64,000 nucleotides of DNA from Malacoraja senta (GCA_038087875.1 CM075987.1:24554001-24618000), one strand, 5' to 3'; shown: positions 35,402 through 48,607, counted from the first letter of the stretch. Translations and numbers: made by a program. Notes: a model not told the origin generated them from the letters alone.

Positions 35402-36253
35402 TCATAATCTTGAGGAACTATCCCATATTCTGCTCATGATATAACTTCTTGTTCCTGTGTTCAGTTTCTTAGAGTCACACAGCCCAGAAAAAAAACCTTC
35501 GGCCCAACTTGCCCACGCCGATCAACATGCACCATCCACACTAGTCCCATCTGCCTGCGTTTGGCCCATATACAGTACCTCTGAACCTGTCCAATCCATG
35601 TACCTGCCTAAATGCATCTCAGATGTTGCGAAAGTATCTGCTGTGAAAAAAAAGTTTCCTCAAAGTTTTTAAAAAGTTTTAAAATAAAACACTGGACATT
35701 AAAAAAAAAAAATCCTCCAGTTATTCAAGAGAGGATAACCATTTATTTCCACAGTGTAAAGCCTTTCTTATGTTCTTCAGATGGTAAATGCTGTGTATTT
35801 TCTGTTTTGAACTCCCATGTATTTATAGTATTTTTCTCGAGCTTTGTTAGTGTACTTTGTTGTGTATCGTATCATGGGGATCCAGTTAAAATGTGTGAAA
35901 TCTGGAACCAGTTCATTTCAGACTCAGCAGCAAAAAACCATTCCTAAAGGTATTCCTACAGTATCAATGATTAGAGCAGTCCCCTTATAATACACTTGAA
36001 GATGCTGCAACCCATACACAAATATTATATCCTTTCATTATGAATAATGATGTCCAAAATATGTCCAAACTGTCAGGGGCAGTTTTTCCCCAGCTGTTAT
36101 TAGGCAACTGAACCATCCCACCAACTACTAGAGAATCCTGAACTATCTACTGTCTACCTCATTGGAGACCCTCGGACTATCTTTGAATGGCTTTACCTTG
36201 CACTAAACATTATTCACGTTATCCCCTTTATCATGTATCTATCTGTACACCAT

Positions 36254-36486
36254 GTGTGGGAAGGAACTGCAGATGCTGGCTTAAACCGAAGATAGCCATA
36301 AAAAGCTGGAGTAACTCAGCGGGACAGGCAGCATCTCTGGAGAGAAGGAATGGGTGACGTTTCGGGTCGAGACCCTTCTTCAGACTTCTTCTTCTGAAGA
36401 AGGGTCTCGACCCGAAAAGTCACCCCTTCCTTCTCTCCAGAGACGCTGCCTGTCCCGCTGAGTTACTCCAGCTTTTTGTGTCTATC
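36254..36486. mobile_element. Penelope-like fold-back insertion in a Rex1 3' UTR (about 36070-36600)
   Basis: Inverted arms, each with a hammerhead-like motif (36353-36385 minus, 36394-36424 plus). Confidence 0.85.
36353..36385 (-). ncRNA. Minimal type I hammerhead ribozyme-like motif (consensus copy)
   Basis: GT-CTGAAGA-A-GGGT-CTCG-ACCC-GAAAC-GTC-ACC: CUGANGA core, stem II with YUCG loop, GAAA, palindromic ACGT stem III, GUC triplet. Confidence 0.6.
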
Positions 36487-36976
36487 ATCTCTACACTGTG
36501 GACAGCTCGATTGTAATGATGTATTGTCTTTCCGCTGACCGGTTAGCAAGCGACAGAAGCTTTTCGCTGTACCTCGGTACACATGATGATAAACTAAACT
36601 CATATTCAAACTCAAGTAGATTATAATGGAAAGTCACCTGGCAAGTGCGGGACTTATTTACCGCTGCCCGCCGGGGGCTTTGACTTTGACATCGGGAGGA
36701 GAATGTGGAGTGCAGGGGAGAGACAAGACTTTGCCTTCCATCACAGCGAGGAGGAGATTCACTGTGATGGATGTTTGTGTAAAGTGTGTTGTGTCTTGGT
36801 TCTTTTTACTTGTTTGTATGACTGCAGAAACCAAATTTCGTTTGAACTTAGGTTCAAATGACAACAAATAAATTGTATCATTGTATCATTGTATCAAATA
36901 TGCTATGCTGTAGTTACAACCTCCAGCCAGTGGTGGTAGTGTCTATCCTCCGTGATAACTCCTAAACTGTATCCAG

Positions 36977-37306
36977 CAAGATAGACCACTCCTGCTAAAT
37001 GCAATGGGCTGACGTGTAGTACGCAACGGAACGGAACGTGGGCCTTTTTTTCATCCATTTCAGTAACCCGACCCGACCCGACTCGCGTTGCGGGGGAACA
37101 GTTTGTGTTAATAAATTAAAATTCTGAAAATGAGGAGAAGATTTTTACCGTCTCCGCACTAGTTATCTTTGGTCCGCTACGGGATCTTTGGTGCGGAGAC
37201 GGAAGCCGGTTACGGAAATGGGGCCGAAAATTACCCATGAATCTGCCCATGACCGTACTACGTCCTTTTCGTCGAGTGGACTATCTTGCTCGCTATAGGA
37301 TCTTTG
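36977..37306. mobile_element. hAT-type MITE (same family as 51416-51829), internally deleted
   Basis: 8-bp TSD G(T/C)ATCCAG at 36969-36976 and 37307-37314; right TIR ...CTATCTTGCTCGCTATAGGATCTTTG; left TIR partly lost. Confidence 0.8.
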
Positions 37307-37709
37307 GCATCCAGTGCACCCAGTTAGTTTCACAACCCAACCTCCCACATGCCATAATCCCATAAGATTCAAGTATCAGGTAGAAACAAGGATCCAATAG
37401 ATACCATTAAAATAAGAAATGGCCGGTGTGGGCAAGTTGGGCCGAAGGGCCTGTTTCCACACTGTATCACTCTATGACTCTGTGACACTAGTGGTAGGTG
37501 GATGAAAGGTAGACCAGGTGGACTGTATGGTCAAGTATACTGAGAATAAGAAACCGGAACACCCGGGGAAAACACATTCGGTCACAGGGAGAACGTACAA
37601 ACTCCGTACAGACAGCGCCCGTAGTCAGGATCGAACCCCGGGTCTCTGGCGCTGTAAGGCAGCAACTCTACCGCTGCGCCACCGTGTCGCCCTAAAAGTA
37701 CCTTTGGAC

Positions 37710-37925
37710 GTATTTGCAAGTGTGCGGGTGTTTGCATTTGTGTGCGAGTTTTAGCATGTGTGTGCTTGTGCATGCATGTGCGTGTCTGCATGTGTGTGTC
37801 TGCGCATCTGCATGCGTGTCTTGTGTTTTCATGGGTGTACCTGCCTGTAATTTTAATGCATATTTTTGCATGTGCGAATGTTTGTGCGTGAGAGTTTGTG
37901 TGCACGTGTGTGCGAGCTGGCACAC
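37710..37925 (+). repeat. Degenerate (TG/TGCA)n microsatellite
   Basis: Seen directly. Confidence 0.75.
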
Positions 37926-38419
37926 GCAATATGAAGGGGAAAAACAGGTGGGAACGATGTGACAAGTTTGATCTTTATACTTGCGTCTTGCTTCGGAGTG
38001 AGCATCTAAGATATAAATCCCAACCAACCTCTTTAAAAAAAAATCTATGACTTCAAACATAAATGTTACTTCAAAGTATGTTTTAAGTTCTTTCACTGTA
38101 GAAATATACAAGCATCTTAAAACATGCCAGTATTTTTTCCCCAGAGATGAATGTAATTAGTAAACCTGCGTTCGCACGATGAGCAAGTGTAGCTCAAAAT
38201 TGTGACAGTAATATCGCCAGAAATTTTGATTCATTGCAAATGTAATTTGAAGGAAGATTAGAAAAATTACGTCATCCGTTAAAATGGGAAAATCTCTGGC
38301 AGAAATTACCGATGACTCACTGTCATTAAACACATTCTAATGAGAATTATATAGGTCTCATAAAAGGGAGAACATGGAAGAAATGTCATGGGCCAAACGC
38401 AGGCAAGTGGGACTAGTGT

Positions 38420-38834
38420 AGAAACATAGAAACATAGAAAATAGGTGCAGGAGTAGGCCATTCGGCCCTTCGAGCCTGCATCGCCATTCAATATGATCAT
38501 GGTTGATCATCCAACTCAGTATCCTGTACCTGCCTTCTCTCCATACCCCCTGATACCTTTAGCCACAAGGGCCACATCTAACTTCCTCTTAAATATAGCC
38601 AATGAACTGGCCTCAACTACTTTATGTGGCAGAGAATTCCACAGATTCACCACTCTCTGTGTGAATTTTTTTTTTCTCATCTCGTTCCTAAAAGACTTCC
38701 CCCTTATCCTTAACCTGTGACCCCTTGTTCTGGACTTCCCCAACATCGGGAACAATCTTCCTGCATCTAGCCTGTCCAACCCCTTAAGAATTTTGTAAGT
38801 TTCTATAAGATCCCCCTCAATCTTCTAAATTCTA
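38420..38834 (-). mobile_element. CR1 family A 3' fragment, nested in an older CR1 tail
   Basis: LDAGRLFPMLGKSRTRGH...GYGEKAGTGY*; (CATAGAAA)n on the plus strand. Confidence 0.9.
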
Positions 38835-39419
38835 GAGATGGGCAGTAGATGGGGCATGTTGGCCGGTGTGGGCAAGTTGGGTGGATGGGCCTGTTTCCAC
38901 ATGGTATCACTCTATCACCCTATGACTCTAAATGGGTAAGTGGATGAAAATAGCCCAGGTACATTGCTGGGCTGAAAGGTTCGATACTGTGTCGCAATGC
39001 CATAAATTTAATCTATAAAGTAGAGAAAAACTTGTGCTTAACGCCTTTCAGAAAACGTTACCAAAGGGAAATACTTTTACAATGTAGCCAAGCTTGAAAT
39101 GTGCAGATAATTTGCATGCACCAAAGACCCACAGAAAACAATGTGAAAATGATCAGATAATCAAACTGCTGGAGGAACTCAGCGGGTCAAGCAGCATCTG
39201 TGGGTGGAAACGATATGGCTGATGTTTCGAGTCAAAACTGTGTATCAGAAATTAAAGTGGAGAAGCGATAGACAGTATGAAGGGGAGAAAGGAGATGGGG
39301 GGGGGGGGGGATGCTTCAAAAGACACAAAGTGCTGGAGTAAGTCAGCAGGTCTGCGCAGCATCACTGGAGAATATAGATAGGTGACATTTTGTGTCAGGT
39401 CTTTTTAGTCTTTTTTAGA

Positions 39420-39920
39420 CGTTAGACTTTAGAGATACAGCAGGGAAACAGGCCCTTCGACCCACCGAGTCCATGCAGACCAGCGATCCCCATACATTAG
39501 CACTATCCTACACACACTGGGAAAATTTACAACTTTCCCGAAGACAATTAACCTCCAACCTGTACGCCTTTGGAGTGTGGGAGTTTACCAGAGCACCCGG
39601 AGGAAACCCAGCACAGTGGCGCAGCGGTAGAGTTGCTGCCTCACAGCGCCAGAGACCCGGGTTCGATCCTGACCACGGGTGCTGTCTGTACGGAGTTTGT
39701 ACGTTCTCCCCGTGACCTGCGTGGGTTTTCTCCAGGGTCTCCGCACTCCAAAGACGTACAGGTTTGTGGGTTACTTGGCTTGGTGTAATTGTAAATTGTC
39801 CCTAGTGTGTGTAGGATAGTGTTAGTGTGTGGGGATCACTGGTCGGCACGGACTCGGTGGGCCGAAGGGCCTGTTTCTGCACTGTATCTCCAAACTAAAC
39901 TAACCAAAACTAAACTAAAC
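39420..39920. mobile_element. Inverted V-SINE pair (about 39420-39610 minus partial, 39611-39920 plus)
   Basis: Family motifs in opposite orientations. Confidence 0.8.
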
Positions 39921-39956
39921 CAATGCAGGCAAATGATATTAGTGTAGATCAGTTTT

Positions 39957-40372
39957 ACATAGATACATAGATACATAGAAAATAGGTGCAGGAGTAGGCC
40001 ATTCGGCCCTTCGAGCCTGCACCGCCATTCAATATGATCATGGCTGATCATCCAACTCAGTATCCCGTACCTGCCTTCTCTCCATACCCCCTGATCCCTT
40101 TAGCCACAAGGGCCACATCTAACTCCCTCTTAAATATAGCCAATGAACTGGCCTCAACTACCCTCTGTGGCAGAGAGTTCCAGAGATTCACCACTCTCTG
40201 TGTGAAAAAGTTTTTTCCTCATCTCGGTCCTAAAGGATTTCCCCCTTATCCTTAAGCTGTGACCCCTTGTCCTGGACTTCCCCAAAATCGGGAACAATCT
40301 TCCTGCATCTAGCCTGTCCAACCCCATAAGAATTTTGTACGTTTCTATAAGATCCCCTCTCAATCTCCTAAA
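39957..40372 (-). mobile_element. CR1 family A 3' fragment (young)
   Basis: Nearly identical to 55355-55770; (CATAGATA)n tail. Confidence 0.9.
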
Positions 40373-40804
40373 TTTTTATGTTCAGCATGAGCAAGGTGGG
40401 CATAAAGGACCTCTTTTTTTCCTTTACAATTCAATGGTGAAAAATTATGAGAGAATATGTTATTAATTAGGTAGTAATTCTTTGTGTTTCAAGCTATAAT
40501 CTTAAAAATACCTAGTGTGGACTCCGAGCACAGGATATGTTGTTTTTTTAAGCAATCCTTTCCAAGTGCTATTACAGTTCCGCAGCAAATTGCCCTGTGT
40601 TGTGGTACTGCTGTGGCACCCAGCCATGTCAATGGTAACCAGCAAGAATACCCTGAGGATATTTATACTTTGACTAACCAAGTCCGTTCCTCAGATGTTT
40701 TGCATGTCGAACTTCTCATTTCATGGACGTGAAGAATTTGAGAAGATTGCATTTGAATGCTGGTGCCAACAAATCTGCAATTGATAGAACTGCTCAACAA
40801 TATG

Positions 40805-41078
40805 GGACGCACGGTAGCGCAGCGGTAGAGTTTCCGCCTCACAGCGCCAGAGACCCGCGTTCGATCCTGACCACGGGTGCTGTCTGTTTGGAGTTTGTAC
40901 ATTCTCCAAGCTCCGGGTGCTCCAGTTTCTCCCACACTCTAAAGGCGTGCAGGCTTGTAGGCTAATTGTAAATTGTCCCTGGTGTATGTAGATAGTGTTA
41001 ATATGTGGGGATCGCTGGTCGACGGAAACTCAGTGGGCCGAAGGGCCTGTTTCCACGCTGGATCGCTGAATTCAACTA
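40805..41078 (+). mobile_element. V-SINE (internally deleted)
   Basis: Head, partial V-domain, tail. Confidence 0.8.
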
Positions 41079-41382
41079 AATATATCACATGGCTGCTTTG
41101 TTTGGAGAGTAGCAAAATATTCGGTTGATTTAAGTTTTTTTTTCCAATCACTGTAAATGAAAAGTTGCAGCCTTTCATTGACTTAATAACTTAGCTTGCA
41201 AGTGCACCCAGTCCTGCCTTTTAGTACAAGGCTCGTGTTTCCAATTGATCATCGATTCATAGCATCAAACAGCATGGAAACAGGCCCTTCAGCCTAACTT
41301 GCCCACACCGACCAAGTTGCCCCTCCCCACTAGCCCGCGTTTGGGCATAACCCTCACAACCAAACCTATCCATGTACCTGTC

Positions 41383-41582
41383 NNNNNNNNNNNNNNNNNN
41401 NNNNNNNNNNNNNNNNNNNNNNNNNNNNNNNNNNNNNNNNNNNNNNNNNNNNNNNNNNNNNNNNNNNNNNNNNNNNNNNNNNNNNNNNNNNNNNNNNNNN
41501 NNNNNNNNNNNNNNNNNNNNNNNNNNNNNNNNNNNNNNNNNNNNNNNNNNNNNNNNNNNNNNNNNNNNNNNNNNNNNNNNNN
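41383..41582. other. Assembly gap (200 N)
   Basis: Exactly 200 N. Confidence 1.
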
Positions 41583-42225
41583 TAGCGGAGTCAGGGGAAT
41601 ATGGGGAGAAGGCAGGAACGGGGTACTGATTGGGGATGATCAGCCATGATCACATTGAATGGTGATGCTGGCTCAAAGGGCCGAATGGCCTACTCCTGCA
41701 CCTATTGTCTATTGTCTATTTTATCCATAGTCCAGGGTGGCACACTGATGTAGTTGAAAGAGCTGCTGCCTCACAGCGCCAGATACCTGGGTTCGAACCT
41801 GACCTTGGGTGCTGTGTGTGTGGAGTTCGCAGGTTCTCCCTGTGACCCCATTGGTTTCCACCGGGTGCTCCGGTTTCCTTGCTCATCCCAAAGACGTGCG
41901 GATTTGTGTAGGTTAATTGGCCTCTGTAAATTGTTCCCCATATGTTGGGAGTGGGTGGGATAACTTAGAACTGGTATGAACGGGTGATCAATGGTCGGTG
42001 TGGACCGAGTGGGGAGAAGGGCCTATTTCCATGCTGTAAACCAAACTATAAACTGCAACCAATTGATTTTTTTTTTAAACGGCCCTCATGTGCAGGAAGG
42101 AACTGCAGATGCTGGTTTTAAACTGAAGAGAGACACAAAAAGCTGGAGCAACTCAGCGGGACAGGCAGCATCTCTGGAGAGAAGTAATGGGTGACGTTTC
42201 TGGTCGAGACCCTTCTTCAGACCCT
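41583..42225. mobile_element. CR1 tail (41583-41720, plus), older V-SINE (about 41735-42052, plus) and PLE terminus (about 42088-42222, minus)
   Basis: Family motifs. Confidence 0.75.
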
Positions 42226-44452
42226 CAGTCCACTATCTGTTTTTTTTTGTTGGCAAACAATCATGTCTTCCACAGAACTCTTTAGCTTTACCTTGTGATT
42301 GGTGTGGCCAAGTTTAATAATAATATCGCTTTTAAAGGTCAATTAAAAAGATTAGTATATCAGTACATGAAACCAGGATGATGCTGAACTGCTAGATGTC
42401 AAAGAGTCATACTGGATGGAAACAGGCCCTTCGGCCCGACTTGTCCATGGCAGTCTATTTATACTGGTCCCACCTGCCCAAGTTTGCCCATATCCCATTA
42501 CACCTTTCCCATCCATGTACCTGTCCTAGCGTCTTTTAAATGTACTACTTGCTTTCTGTGTAGTAATTGATTGATTGCACTAGGACAGATTTTCAGTAAA
42601 TCCCCAGTAACACTCCCAATTTGCGGTGCTGTGTTGGATAATCAAATTAATTGGTCATTACTGTTCATTAAGTAGATGGTGGGGGGGGGACGGGAGGACT
42701 CTAGTTTTAGAATCTTCTGCCAGGGGATAAGTGTGCGTTTGTTTATTTGTTCCTTCGTTGGTTCGTTCCGGTGAAGGCGCTGTGCACACGGCAGACAGCC
42801 AACACTTGCTTGTCTTTTTCTTTTTGTTTTCACTTTTAATTTAATTTTAATTTCAGATTGCTGCCTTACAAAGCCAGAGACCCCGGTTCGATCCTGATTG
42901 CGGGTCCTGTCTGTACGAAGTTTGCACGTCTCCCTGTGACCCTGCGTGGGCTTTCCATGAGCGAGTGTTCCATTTTCCTCTCAAACGCCAAATACAACGC
43001 AGAATAGGGGGATCGAGAACCAGAGGGCATGATTTTGGGGTGAAGGGGAAAAGATTTAATAGGAACATTTTCACCCAAAGGTGGTGGGTGCATGGAATGA
43101 GCTGAGCTGCCAGAGGAGGTAGTTGAGGCAGGGACTATCGCAACACTTAACATTTAGACAGGTACATGGATAGGACAAGTTTAGAGGGATATGGGCCAAA
43201 CGCAGGCAGGTGTGACTAGTGTAGATGGGACATGTGAGACTCTTTGACTCCACGACCAGAGACAGTCCTTAGCTGAGTATGGAAGGGCCACGATATCAAA
43301 CAAATTACATTTCTTCACTGAAGCAGAGTAACAAAAACCTGACAGCATGTGATTCCATTTCTTGACATTTCACTGGCTAAACAAAGGCATACGATACTTT
43401 AAAGCACAGTGGTATTTTGGCTTTGGAACAAGAATGCTAACAATGGGCTCCATGAGAAGAACGCACGGACACAAACTGATTCGGAGCCAACCTAATGAGT
43501 ACGATGATGGATAATTCCTATCGACAACTTACCGTCACTTTTGAGGTTCATAACAATCATTAGCAAAGGCATTGGAAAAATCAATTGCTTCTGCGCATTG
43601 GAAGTAATCTTAAGTATACATGGCAGAGAATGTATAAAGCAGGAGCAATGACTTCCATCTACTGCTACAATTTAAAGCTTTGTTAGTCTTGGAACATAAG
43701 ACACAGAAGTAATAGTGAGCCATTTAGCTGCTCATGATCATGGCTAATGTTATACTTCAGTACCATTTCGCTGCACTATTCCCCTAGCTCTTAATTCCCT
43801 TAATAGCTATAAATGGATCAATGTCCGTTTAGTTATAGAGTTATATAGCATGAAACCCAGGCGCCTCGGCCTAGTTCCAGAGCCAACCTAATGGGGATGG
43901 TGATGGATGATTCCATTGACACTGCCCTGCCCATGCTGAGCAAGGTGCCCCATCTACATTAGTTCCACCTTCCCATGTATAGCCCATATCCCTCTAAAAC
44001 AGCGCCAGAGACCCGGGTTCGAACCTGACTACGGGTGCTGTCTGTACGGAGTTTGTACCTTCTCTCCCCGTGACCATGTGGGTTTTCTCTGAGATCTTCG
44101 GTTTCCTCCCACGCTCCAAAGACGTACATGTTTGTAGGTTAATTGGCTTGGTGTAAATGTAAATTGTCCCTAGTGTGTGTAGGATAGTGTTAGTCATGGA
44201 GTGATACAGCGTGGAAACAGGCCCTTTGGCCCAACTTGCCCACACCGGCCAATATGTCCCATCTACACTAGTCCCACCTGCCTATATTTGGCCCATATCA
44301 CATCCAAACGTGTCCTATCCGTTGTACCTGAATTATTTCTTAAATGTCGCAATAGTCCCTGCCTCACCTACTGCCTCTGGCAGTTCGGTCCACCAACAAT
44401 TTGTGCAAAAAAATCACCCCTCAGGTTCCTATTAAATCTTTCCCCCCTCTTA

Positions 44453-44772
44453 AAGCCCTGGTCCACAGTATGAGTTAATTCCAAGAGTTCTCCCGCGTTT
44501 ACCCTGATTCGAACTCGGAGATTTACGGTAATGGCCGCTCGTCGGTACTCGGGGCTCTCGTGGACATTTTTCATCATGTTGAAAAATCTTCACGAGTCTT
44601 CCCGTGCTTACCTGCCGTTAGCGAGTCTTCCCGAGTACCTACTGTTAACGCTAAGAGACGTCCCCGAGCTCCGACGTACCCGCTACGTTCATTTTCCGTG
44701 CTTACCACGAGTTTGATTTGTTTTAAACTCGGGAGAGCTCTTGGAATGAACTCGTACAGTGGGACAGGGCTA
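44453..44772. mobile_element. PIF/Harbinger-type MITE
   Basis: About 45-bp imperfect TIR AAGCCCTGGTCCAC / GTGGGACAGGGCTA; TTA on both sides; reverse complement of 50655-50984. Confidence 0.85.
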
Positions 44773-46204
44773 TTACTTTATGTTTGGTTCAGCTGATTTC
44801 AGACAAACTGCAATAAAAGAAAATAAACTTTGCGGAAACTCTGCACCAAATCTTTGGTATGCCATGCACAACTTGGATTGTAATTAAGAGTACTAAAAGT
44901 GATCAATGAGCCCATGAAGGTGTATCATCGCAGATGACAGGTACATTGGTAGCACCTCATTATCCAGCAGCAAATATTATGCTGTATGGCAGGCACATAA
45001 AATACCTTTTAATTTTATGCTGTACATATTGCATGCATTTAGCTGAGAATTCTTTATCATCTGTGCACTACTTTTGTGGTAAGCCAGAGAAAAGCATCCC
45101 AACAATAATGTACGACAGGTACATGCATAGGGCAGGTTTGAAAGGATATGGGCTGAACGCAGGCTGGGTGGGACTAGTGTAGGAGGGACATGTGTAGGAA
45201 GGAACTGCAGATGCTGGCTTACACCGAAGATAGACACAAACAAGCTGGAGTAACTCAGCGGGACAGGCAGCATCTCCGGAGAGAAGAAACGGGTGACGAT
45301 TCGGGTCAAGACCCATGTTGGCCGGTGTGAGCAAGTTGGGCCGAAGGGCCTGTTTCCACTCTGTAAGAATATACGACTAACATCTGTGATAAAGACATCT
45401 CCACTTGAATTAAAATTCCATAATCATTTGCACCGGTCTAAACAACAGTGTGGGGATCAAAAAACTGTCCATCCTCACAGAATGTATTCATCATCACAAG
45501 TATTTGCTAATTGTATTAATTTACAGTCTATTATGTAACCTCTCCAATTTTATAAAGAACATATATTTATTGAAAACTGACTGCCTTTTGCCTGTAAGTG
45601 AGTACATGTTTCTGTACAGTTGTTGTCAATGACTAATAAACAGGCTACACATTAATGATGGACTAGTCACATTAGTTTACTAGCCTCAGACCCATCACGG
45701 CATATATTTACCTGTAGAAAGGAATTGCAGATGCTGGCTGACACTGAAGAAAGACACAAAATGCTGGAGTAACTCAGCGGGACAGGCAGCATCCCTGGAG
45801 AGAAGGAATGGGTGATCTTTTGGGTCGAGACCCTTCTTAAACTAGTGTAGTTTAGTTTAGATACAGTACAGCGCAGAAACAGGCCCTTCAGCCCACCGAG
45901 ACCGCCGACCAGCGATCCCCGCACTCTACCCGCTCCTGCATATACGAGGGACAATTTACAATTATACCTAGCCACTTAACCTACAAACCTGTATGTCTTT
46001 GGTGTGTGGGAGGAAACTGGAGCACCCGGAGAAAACCTATGTAGGTCATGTGGAGATAGACATGAAATGCTGGAGTAACTCAGCGGGACAGGCAGCATCC
46101 CTGGAGAGAGGGAATGGGTGACGTTTTGTGTCGAGAAGAATGGTCTCGACCCCAAACGTCACCCATTCATTCTCTCCACAGATGCTGCCTGTCCCGCTTA
46201 GTAT

Positions 46205-46524
46205 TGGGCCTGTCCCACTTACGCGACTTGGCATAGGTCGTTGCAGGTCGCCGAAAATTTTCAACATGTTGAAAAACCAGCGGCGACCAGAACAAGGTAC
46301 GACTCTTTGGGCGACTACTCACGACCGTACAGGCTTCACCCCACGACATGTCGCCAGGGTGTCGCCTGTATGGTCGTGAGGCGTCTCCTCGGTCGCCCAA
46401 AGAGTCGTAGCGTCTTTCTGGTCGCCCCTGGATTTAAAACATGTTGAACATTTTCGGCGACCTGCAACGACCTATGACGGGTGCCGGCAGTCACTGAAAA
46501 AGTCGCGTAAGTGGGACAGGCCCT
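46205..46524. mobile_element. PIF/Harbinger-type MITE inserted in a PLE fold-back (about 46050-46550)
   Basis: TIR GGGCCTGTCCCACTTACGCGACTT; right flank TTA-CTCCA; left flank GCTTAG-TAT (decayed GCTGAG-TTA). Confidence 0.85.
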
Positions 46525-46967
46525 TTACTCCAACGATCTGTGTCTGTCTACCTGTGACGTATACGTAGATGTGCGTAAATGTTTGGAGCTTATGCGTGAG
46601 TGTGTTGGGGGTAGCATTTTACAGCTGACTCCATGCACCTGAGTTTGAGCTAAAATCGGAATACAAATTTTAACTTGGTAAACCACCAATTATTTTGTGC
46701 ACTTTGTGGCAAGAATGCCAACTGCAACCCTAAGTGAAAATCTGACATGCAGAAGGGAAGATATAGTCAGTTTAAGGTCATGTTTGCATTTTATGATTAC
46801 ACTTATAGAACATAGAACAGTGCAGGACACTAACAGGCCCATCTCCCCACAATGTCTGTGCCTAGCAAGATGCTATGACCAACTCTTACCTGCTTGCGCA
46901 TAATCCATATTATTCCAACACCTGCATATCCATATGCCTATCCAAAAGTCTCTTTAATGCCACTATA

Positions 46968-47375
46968 GTGAAAGGCTTGCATGGAGTGGATGTGGAAAGG
47001 ATGTTTCCACTAGTGGGAGAGTCTAGGACTAGAGGTCACAGGCTCAGAATTAAAGGATGCTCCTTGAGGAAGGAGAGGAGGAGGGATTTCTTTAGTCAGA
47101 GGGTGGTGAATCTGTGGAATTCTATGCCACAGAAGACTGTGGAGGCCAAGTCACTGGATATTTTTAAGGCAGAGATAGATAGATTCTTGATTAGTGTGGA
47201 TGTCAGGGGTTATGGGGAGAGGGCAGGAACGGGGTACCTATTGGGGATGATCACATTGAATGGCGGTGCTGGCTCAAAGGGCCGAATGGCCTACTCCTGC
47301 ATCCCCTATTGTCTATTGTTATGGGGAGAAGGCAGGAAAATGGGGTTAGGAGGGAGAGATAGATCAGCCATGATA
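46968..47375 (+). mobile_element. CR1 3' fragment with nested second CR1 tail
   Basis: KGLHGVDVERMFPLVGESRTRGH...QRVVNLWNSMP. Confidence 0.85.
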
Positions 47376-47679
47376 GGAACTTATGAACAGGGGAGAAGTT
47401 ATATTTTTCTATTCCCAGCACATTACCAGACACAAAATCAGGAACTTGGTGTGTGCATCTTACTAATTTGCTGGTTTGTAAAAAAAGACACAAAATGCTG
47501 GAGTAACTGGGCGGTCGGGTAGCATCTCTGGAGAAAATGGCCGGATCGACTTTTTGGGTCAGCACCAGGAGAATGGGGTTAGGAGGGAGAGATAGATCGG
47601 GCCATGATTGAATGGTAGATGATAGATCAGTCTGAAGAAGGGTCTCAACCCGAAACGTCACCCATTCCTTCTCTCACAT

Positions 47680-47976
47680 TATGCTGGAGTAACTCATAGG
47701 GTCAGACAGGAAAGGAATAGGTGACGTTTCGTGTCGAGACACTTCTTCGGACTGAGAGTCAGGGGGGAAGGGAGTGTAGAGATTCAAAAGGATGGGGTGT
47801 GAAAATGACACATCAAAGCAGAAGATGTTAAAGGAAATGTTATCTGAGGGGAAGGTGACAACGAGGCAGATAAAGAGTAAAATTCATCAGAAGGATAGTG
47901 AAACTAGTCGAAGAACTAGGGTGGGGAGGGACGGAGAGGGAGGGAAAGTATCGGTTACTTGAAGTTAGAGAAATCA
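47680..47976 (-). mobile_element. Penelope-like 3' fragment linking ORF end, UTR and hammerhead-like motif
   Basis: 47955-47975 minus strand reads DFSNFK*; UTR leads to CCGAAGA-A-GTGT-CTCG-ACAC-GAAACGTCACC (about 47720-47752). Confidence 0.75.
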
Positions 47977-48002
47977 TTCTAACATGCTCTATATTAAATG
48001 TA

Positions 48003-48194
48003 AATAAAAATGCTGGAGAAACTCAGCGGGTGAGGCAGCATCTATGGAGTGAAGGAATAGGTGACATTTCGGGTCGAGACCCTCGACCCGAAACGTCACC
48101 TATTCCTTCGCTCCATAGATGCTGCCTCACGCGCTGAGTTACTCCAGCATTTTTATCTACCTTCGATTTTTCCAGCATCTGCAGTTCCTTCTTA
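48003..48194. mobile_element. Penelope-like fold-back insertion
   Basis: Inverted arms; 22-bp TSD AACATGCTC(T/C)ATATTAAATGTA at 47981-48002 and 48195-48216. Confidence 0.85.
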
Positions 48195-48299
48195 AACATG
48201 CTCCATATTAAATGTACCTTTGTGAACAATGATAAGAGAAAAGACCAGGCAAAATCGCAGAACTAAAGTTAAAATGGTGGAAGTAAAATGGGAGAATTA

Positions 48300-48607
48300 A
48301 GGGCCTGTCCCACTGTACGAGGTGATTCAAGAGTTCTCCCGAGTTTCCCCTGATTCGAACTCGGAGAATTACGGGTAATAGCCGCTCGTAGGTACTCGGG
48401 GCTCTCGTGGACATTTTTTAACATGTTGAAAAATCTTCACGAGCTTACCGCGTTTCCCGAGTACCTGCCGTTAGCGTTACAAGCCGCTAAGAGACATCGC
48501 GAGCTCCGACGTACCCGCTACGTACATTCTACGTGCTTACCACGAGTTTGATTTTTTTTTAAACTCATGAGAGCTCTTGAATTACCTCGTCCAGTGGGAC
48601 AGGCCCT
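48300..48607. mobile_element. PIF/Harbinger-type MITE
   Basis: TIR AGGGCCTGTCCCACTG; TTA TSD at 48297-48299 and 48608-48610. Confidence 0.9.

Noticed and set aside
43533..43608. Possible minus-strand exon ending at a GTAAGT donor
   Set aside because: Weak acceptor and no recognisable peptide; cannot be supported without RNA data.
46875..47522. 215-aa ORF
   Set aside because: Chance read-through of joined CR1 fragments, UTRs and a PLE end.
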